A stretch of 64,000 nucleotides of DNA from Nitrosopumilaceae archaeon (GTDB taxonomy: Archaea; Thermoproteota; Nitrososphaeria; Nitrososphaerales; Nitrosopumilaceae). The notes below the pieces were generated by a model that saw only the letters and a list, made by a program, of their open reading frames with translations, did no database searches and had not been told where the DNA came from. The position numbers were made by a program, and so were the translations under genes. Shown here piece after piece: positions 59,750 to 64,000 of this stretch. Location of the stretch: positions 384,001-448,000 of the forward strand of contig OZ242274.1 of assembly GCA_965207375.1 (NCBI GenBank), read 5' to 3'. Every line of letters starts with the position of its first letter. Positions within the stretch are counted from its first letter, which is position 1.

Positions 59750-59751
59750 TT

Positions 59752-60906
59752 CTATACGCTTTGGAAAATATGTACGGCACAGCTTGCACCTGTTGCGCCA
59801 AAGTTATGAGTCAGTCCTATATGTGCGTCTTTTACCGTTCTTTGACCGGCATTGCCAGTTAGTTGGTCAAATACCTCGACTACTTGACCTACGCCGGTAG
59901 CACCAATTGGATGTCCTTTGGATTTTAATCCCCCAGATGGGTTAATTGATATTTCTGAATTTAGTTTTGTTCTGCCTTGACTTGCTGCTTTTGCGCCCTC
60001 TCCCTTTTTGAAAAATCCCAAATCTTCGGTGTCAACTACCTCTGCAATTGTAAAGCAGTCATGCACCTCGGCAAAGTCGACATCCTTTGCTGTGATTCCT
60101 GCCATTTTGTATGCAGAATCTGCTGCGATTTTAGTACTGGGTATGGTAGTCAGATGTTCTCTGCCCTGTAGTGCAGCAGGTGATCCTCCTCTACCAGAAC
60201 CAGTTACCCGGATATAGTCTTTAGAGTGTGATTTGGCAAATTTTTCATTACATAAAATTACTGAACTTGCACCATCTGAAAATGGACAACAGTCATAAAG
60301 TTTTAACGGACTTGCAACAACTGGTGAATTTAATACGTCATCAACTGAAATTTTCTTTCTCAGGTGGGCCTTTGGATTTAAAACTCCGTTTTCATGGTTT
60401 TTTACTGCAACGTTTGCAAAATCCTCCTCGGTGGTTTTAAATTCTGTCAGATATGCTCGTGCCATCGATGCAAACAGTCCCGGAAATGATGCGCCTGCCT
60501 GACCCTCATAAAAGAAATCAGAACAGTATGAAAAGTAGGTCGTAGTCCATTCGGTACCTGTATGGGTTACCTTTTCTACGCCGGTGACTAAAACCGCATC
60601 ATAAAATCCTGCTGCCACATTTGCAAATGCCTCCCTAAACGATACAGAGCCGCTGCCACAGGCAGATTCTATAGTTAATGACGGTTTTTCAGAAATGCCT
60701 AGATTACTCATAACTACAGGTCCAAGATGTACCTGCTTGTCTGCAATACCAAAGACGTTTGAGATGTATCCTGCGCCTATTTCTTTGGGATCTATTTGCG
60801 CACTCTCAATTGCATCCATGGATGCCTGAACAGTGATATCTGAAATACTATCTTCTAATTTACCATATTTTGTGCTGCCCGCACCAAGAACGCAAACGCT
60901 TTCCAC
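59752..60906 (-). CDS. acetyl-CoA acetyltransferase (thiolase)
   Basis: ESACGSG, GVEK, KNHEN, CPFSDGA, EVHDCF, NPSGGL..KGHP.GATG. Confidence 0.93.
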   Translation of the reverse strand: MESVCVLGAGSTKYGKLEDSISDITVQASMDAIESAQIDPKEIGAGYISNVFGIADKQVHLGPVVMSNLGISEKPSLTIESACGSGSVSFREAFANVAAGFYDAVLVTGVEKVTHTGTEWTTTYFSYCSDFFYEGQAGASFPGLFASMARAYLTEFKTTEEDFANVAVKNHENGVLNPKAHLRKKISVDDVLNSPVVASPLKLYDCCPFSDGASSVILCNEKFAKSHSKDYIRVTGSGRGGSPAALQGREHLTTIPSTKIAADSAYKMAGITAKDVDFAEVHDCFTIAEVVDTEDLGFFKKGEGAKAASQGRTKLNSEISINPSGGLKSKGHPIGATGVGQVVEVFDQLTGNAGQRTVKDAHIGLTHNFGATGASCAVHIFQSV

Positions 60907-60959
60907 AAATGTTGTTGACCAAGATCCCTATAAAAATTCTTCAAAAAGACAATGAAAAT

Positions 60960-61406
60960 ATGGTAGAAGGTTCTAAAAAAACAATGCAGGTCACAGGGTC
61001 AAAATCAAGACATGTCGTAAAGGCTACAAAATCCAATGCAAAAAACCTCAAAGAGGAGATCATACAGTATTTTGATTCTAACGGGTACCTGTCCTGGTCT
61101 GCCAAAAAAAGAAAGTACCAGATTTTGGGTACCAATGCCCCAAAGGACGGATTGGTACAGTGTCCGGAATGTAAAATTGGACAGTTGATAGTGATAAGAT
61201 CGCCTGCAACAAAAAAACGGTTCGTGGGGTGTTCAAATTATCATAACGGATGCAAGGCATCATCTCCGCTATTGCAAAAGGCGATGCTCAAGGTGACAAA
61301 GAGTACATGCAAGCATTGTTTGTGGCCTATAGTGGTATTTAGATACTCTAGAAAACAGTCCTGGACCAAACAGTGTTGCAACATACAGTGTAAACAAAAG
61401 GTCTAG
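60960..61406 (+). CDS. stand-alone topoisomerase IA C4 zinc-finger protein
   Basis: CPECKIGQL...KRFVGCSNY...C; CKHC...CCNIQC. Confidence 0.75.
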   Translation: MVEGSKKTMQVTGSKSRHVVKATKSNAKNLKEEIIQYFDSNGYLSWSAKKRKYQILGTNAPKDGLVQCPECKIGQLIVIRSPATKKRFVGCSNYHNGCKASSPLLQKAMLKVTKSTCKHCLWPIVVFRYSRKQSWTKQCCNIQCKQKV

Positions 61407-62215
61407 CTTGCGATACGATAAAGGTCGGTCCTGCGATTTTTTAATAATGGTAGTGCCCGGCGGGCTCTTTTGACTAGAGTGTCTGATATCTCTACAATTT
61501 GCATGCCCTGTTTTTTTTTCATGTCTAGCAGAACCCGTCCAAACGGATCAACTACTATGCTTCGTCCGCAGTAAATATTTCCAACCTGATCGGGGGATAC
61601 GATATAGCATCCATTTTCGATTGCACGTGTTTTGTTAATTGCAAGCCAGTGTTGTTCTTTGAGTTCACCCTGTACCCAGGCAGAGGGGGCAACTAAAATT
61701 TCTGTACCTGCAGAAGCCAGCATTCTAGACATTTCAGGAAAGCGCAGGTCATAACATATCATCATTCCAATTTTGCCGATCTTGGATCGTTGCGGTTTTG
61801 GAAGCTGCATGCCAGGGGCCAGTTTTTTTGATTCTCTGAATCCTAATGCGTCATAAAGGTGGGTTTTTCTGTATTTTGAGATCAGTTTGCCTGATGAATC
61901 GATAAAAAACGAAGTGTCATAAACTCGATTTTTGGTTTTACTTTTCTCATAAAATGTTCCTATAACCTCAATAGAGTTTTGTCTTGCAGCATCTGCAATT
62001 GTTTTTACAAAATTTCCGGTGATATATTCAGACAGACCGGCCAACTGCATAGCAGATTGGCTGGAAGGAGTATAAAACATCATAAACTCTGGAAAGGTGC
62101 AAAGCGTGGCTCTTTTTTTTGATGCACTTTTGATATAGCCGATTATTTTCTTTAGATTGGTCTCCTTATTTGTGGAGGCTTGCAATTGGACTAGGGCAAC
62201 TTTTTTCACAGTCAA
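61403..62215 (-). CDS. carbon-nitrogen hydrolase (Nit family)
   Basis: FPE, YRKTHLYD, ICYDLRFPE, RAIEN, VDPFG, RR.DLY. Confidence 0.9.
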   Translation of the reverse strand: MTVKKVALVQLQASTNKETNLKKIIGYIKSASKKRATLCTFPEFMMFYTPSSQSAMQLAGLSEYITGNFVKTIADAARQNSIEVIGTFYEKSKTKNRVYDTSFFIDSSGKLISKYRKTHLYDALGFRESKKLAPGMQLPKPQRSKIGKIGMMICYDLRFPEMSRMLASAGTEILVAPSAWVQGELKEQHWLAINKTRAIENGCYIVSPDQVGNIYCGRSIVVDPFGRVLLDMKKKQGMQIVEISDTLVKRARRALPLLKNRRTDLYRIAS

Positions 62216-62239
62216 TGCATAGACGTAAAAAATAAAAGA

Positions 62240-62416
62240 TTAAAGTTGTTTGCCTGCCAAAAACCAGTTTTGCTTTGGATTTTCGTCATATACAACTATG
62301 ACGTGTTCTTGTTTTGTTTTGAGGATCTCGACTGCTGATTTTGTGATCTCCTTTGCGTAATCGTCTTTTTGTTGCTGGGTTCTTCCAGGATACATTGACA
62401 CCGTAATTAGTGGCAT
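62240..62416 (-). CDS. 4-oxalocrotonate tautomerase family protein
   Basis: MPLITV...GRTQQQK...NW..AG (Pro-1). Confidence 0.88.
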   Translation of the reverse strand: MPLITVSMYPGRTQQQKDDYAKEITKSAVEILKTKQEHVIVVYDENPKQNWFLAGKQL

Positions 62417-62451
62417 GCATGGATGTAGAGACGCGGTCAATTTATTTTAAA

Positions 62452-63204
62452 CTAGTAATCGCCTTTCCAGCCATATCTTGTACCATAAGTAAAGTCGGGA
62501 TTGTGGGTCTTTTTGTAAAGGTATCCTGTAGCAGCCCCTATTGCAAATCCTCCAATATGGGCCATAAAGGCCACACCGCCGCCTGCGATACCAAAGCCGC
62601 CTACAAAAAACGGAATCAGGTTTTGAAAGACTAGCCAAAATGGCAAAAACCATCTTGCCTGAATGTGGATCATCATGTAAAACATTAGAGTTAGAATTTT
62701 TGCACGTGGAAAAATCATCAGGTATGCACCAAGAATTCCAGATATTGCACCTGACGCACCTACTGCAGGAATGATACTGTTGGGATCAATTGCAATGTGT
62801 GCTAGGCCTGCAGCAATTCCCCAGAGTAGATAAATGCCAAGAAACTTTAGGCGTCCAAACTTTAATTCTATATTGTCACCAAAGATCCACAGATACAGCA
62901 TGTTGCCGCCAAAGTGCATCAGGCCTCCATGCATGAACATGGAGCTTAAAAGAGAGACATATGGTATGTCAGGACACGGTATCTGAAACGGACCGTTGGT
63001 GATAAAGTTGGCACCGTTAATACATGCAGGTACTGCACCCCAATCGTAAAACATTGCAGCAGCGTTTTGGTTTGTAAAATCAAAGAATTGTCCAGTTACT
63101 GCCACTTCGTAAAAAAATACAATGGCATTTACTATAATCAATCCTATGGTCATCTTGGGTTTAAAACCTGGAGGATGGGGATTTTCATCACGTAGTGGAA
63201 TCAT
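62452..63204 (-). CDS. rhomboid intramembrane serine protease
   Basis: MIPLRDENP, SMFMHGG..H..GNM, GASGAISG, AHIGGF. Confidence 0.93.
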   Translation of the reverse strand: MIPLRDENPHPPGFKPKMTIGLIIVNAIVFFYEVAVTGQFFDFTNQNAAAMFYDWGAVPACINGANFITNGPFQIPCPDIPYVSLLSSMFMHGGLMHFGGNMLYLWIFGDNIELKFGRLKFLGIYLLWGIAAGLAHIAIDPNSIIPAVGASGAISGILGAYLMIFPRAKILTLMFYMMIHIQARWFLPFWLVFQNLIPFFVGGFGIAGGGVAFMAHIGGFAIGAATGYLYKKTHNPDFTYGTRYGWKGDY

Positions 63205-63298
63205 GAATTAATCATCCAAGCAAAAAATCGTATAATAGTTTTTAGCATTATCTCTGTATATGGTACCTGTGGGAGAATCAGCAGAGGTCAGAAGTAGA

Positions 63299-63505
63299 TC
63301 AAGTCCAAGATTTGGGATCCTTTTTCCAAATTAGCTTGTCATCAATGTAGACCTTTTCTTTTTCCTCAAAGACGGTATGCCATTTTCCGTTGTGTGGGAA
63401 CAGTTTGTTCATTTGTTTGACCTTGTCCTCTGTTGGGGCCTTGTTCATAAGGGCGCCCCATCTCATATTTGGAATTTTTGGCATTATATCGTTGATGTCC
63501 TTCAT
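63299..63505 (-). CDS. small hypothetical protein
   Basis: MKDINDIMPKIPNMRWGALMN...WHTVFE. Confidence 0.6.
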   Translation of the reverse strand: MKDINDIMPKIPNMRWGALMNKAPTEDKVKQMNKLFPHNGKWHTVFEEKEKVYIDDKLIWKKDPKSWT

Positions 63506-63513
63506 GTATACAC

Positions 63514-63999
63514 CTATACTGTAATTATTCCGTTGGCTATTAACCATTGCAGGCCGTTTGCAAAGGTGGCATCATCTATTAGTCCCTCAGACCAGACTCC
63601 CGCATTGCTTTTGACCCAGCCTGGAATTTGTGCTGAGGATGTTTCAGTCCTTTCGGTTTGGGGAACTAAAATTATTCCCTCTTTGATCATGTGTTGAATT
63701 CCGCTGACAAAGGTGGCATCATCTATTAGTTCCTCAGACCACAGGCCCGCATTACTTTTGACCCAGCCTGGGATGAAAACATTGCGTGGTTTGTCTTTTG
63801 TATCGTCTTTAATTTCATCAGGGACAACCTCAATTAAGGTAGATCCTATACCAGCATATGCAGGGTTAAAGTCTAGACCGTGACCAAGTAACACTACATC
63901 AAGTCGATGTGTTTCCTGTGTAGGAATTACAATGTATTGTGTATCAATTCCTTCAATGGCCTCAATGCCCAAGTTGTCTGAATCGACACCTTCAGAATA
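63514..63999 (-). CDS. surface/exported protein C-terminus with two IPGWVKSNAG.WSE..IDDATF domains (5' partial)
   Basis: Frame is open to the window end; duplicated domain. Confidence 0.75.
   Translation of the reverse strand, partial: YSEGVDSDNLGIEAIEGIDTQYIVIPTQETHRLDVVLLGHGLDFNPAYAGIGSTLIEVVPDEIKDDTKDKPRNVFIPGWVKSNAGLWSEELIDDATFVSGIQHMIKEGIILVPQTERTETSSAQIPGWVKSNAGVWSEGLIDDATFANGLQWLIANGIITV
63561..63771. repeat. 64-bp intragenic direct repeat (63561-63624 and 63708-63771)
   Basis: caaaggtggcatcatctattagt...cttttgacccagcctgg occurs twice. Confidence 0.85.
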
Positions 64000-64000
64000 G

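Noticed and set aside
1468-62634. Numerous 60-190 aa antisense or alternative-frame ORFs in the track
   Set aside because: They are shadows of well-supported genes with no motifs of their own
1-64000. CRISPR array, integrase/provirus, reverse transcriptase, intein, rRNA
   Set aside because: No regularly spaced repeats or diagnostic motifs seen; the nrdJ sequence shows no intein-type splice motifs

Overview
Chromosomal window from an ammonia-oxidising archaeon of the Nitrosopumilaceae type. This is inferred from the gene set: TFE, thermosome, L44e/S27e/S19e, NAC, Nep1, Trm56, class II RNR, thiolase+DUF35 and cupredoxin. Most of the window is core metabolism: pterin (folP, mptE), guaA, late cobalamin genes, asd, ctaB, UbiD family, a riboflavin operon, nrdJ and one tRNA-Gly(TCC). 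Three accessory patches interrupt it. (i) An AT-rich insert after guaA carries a divergent winged-helix gene pair and an intact IS5-family element (40-bp TIRs, ACC duplication). (ii) A patch at about 22-31 kb holds a 98-bp MITE derived from that IS, HEPN-like, MazG-like and HNH genes, a cupredoxin, an unannotated Cys-rich micro-protein and a 751-aa repeat protein. (iii) At 39.8-43 kb a second IS5 element sits inside a dead IS66-like transposase, next to another IS66 remnant. The best novelty candidate is a wHTH + ATP-cone + class III RNR (NrdD)-fold protein lacking the glycyl-radical loop, encoded directly upstream of nrdJ, possibly an enzyme-derived nucleotide-sensing regulator. Second is a deaminase-type amidohydrolase embedded in the riboflavin operon. 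All family calls come from motif recognition by eye; no searches were run.
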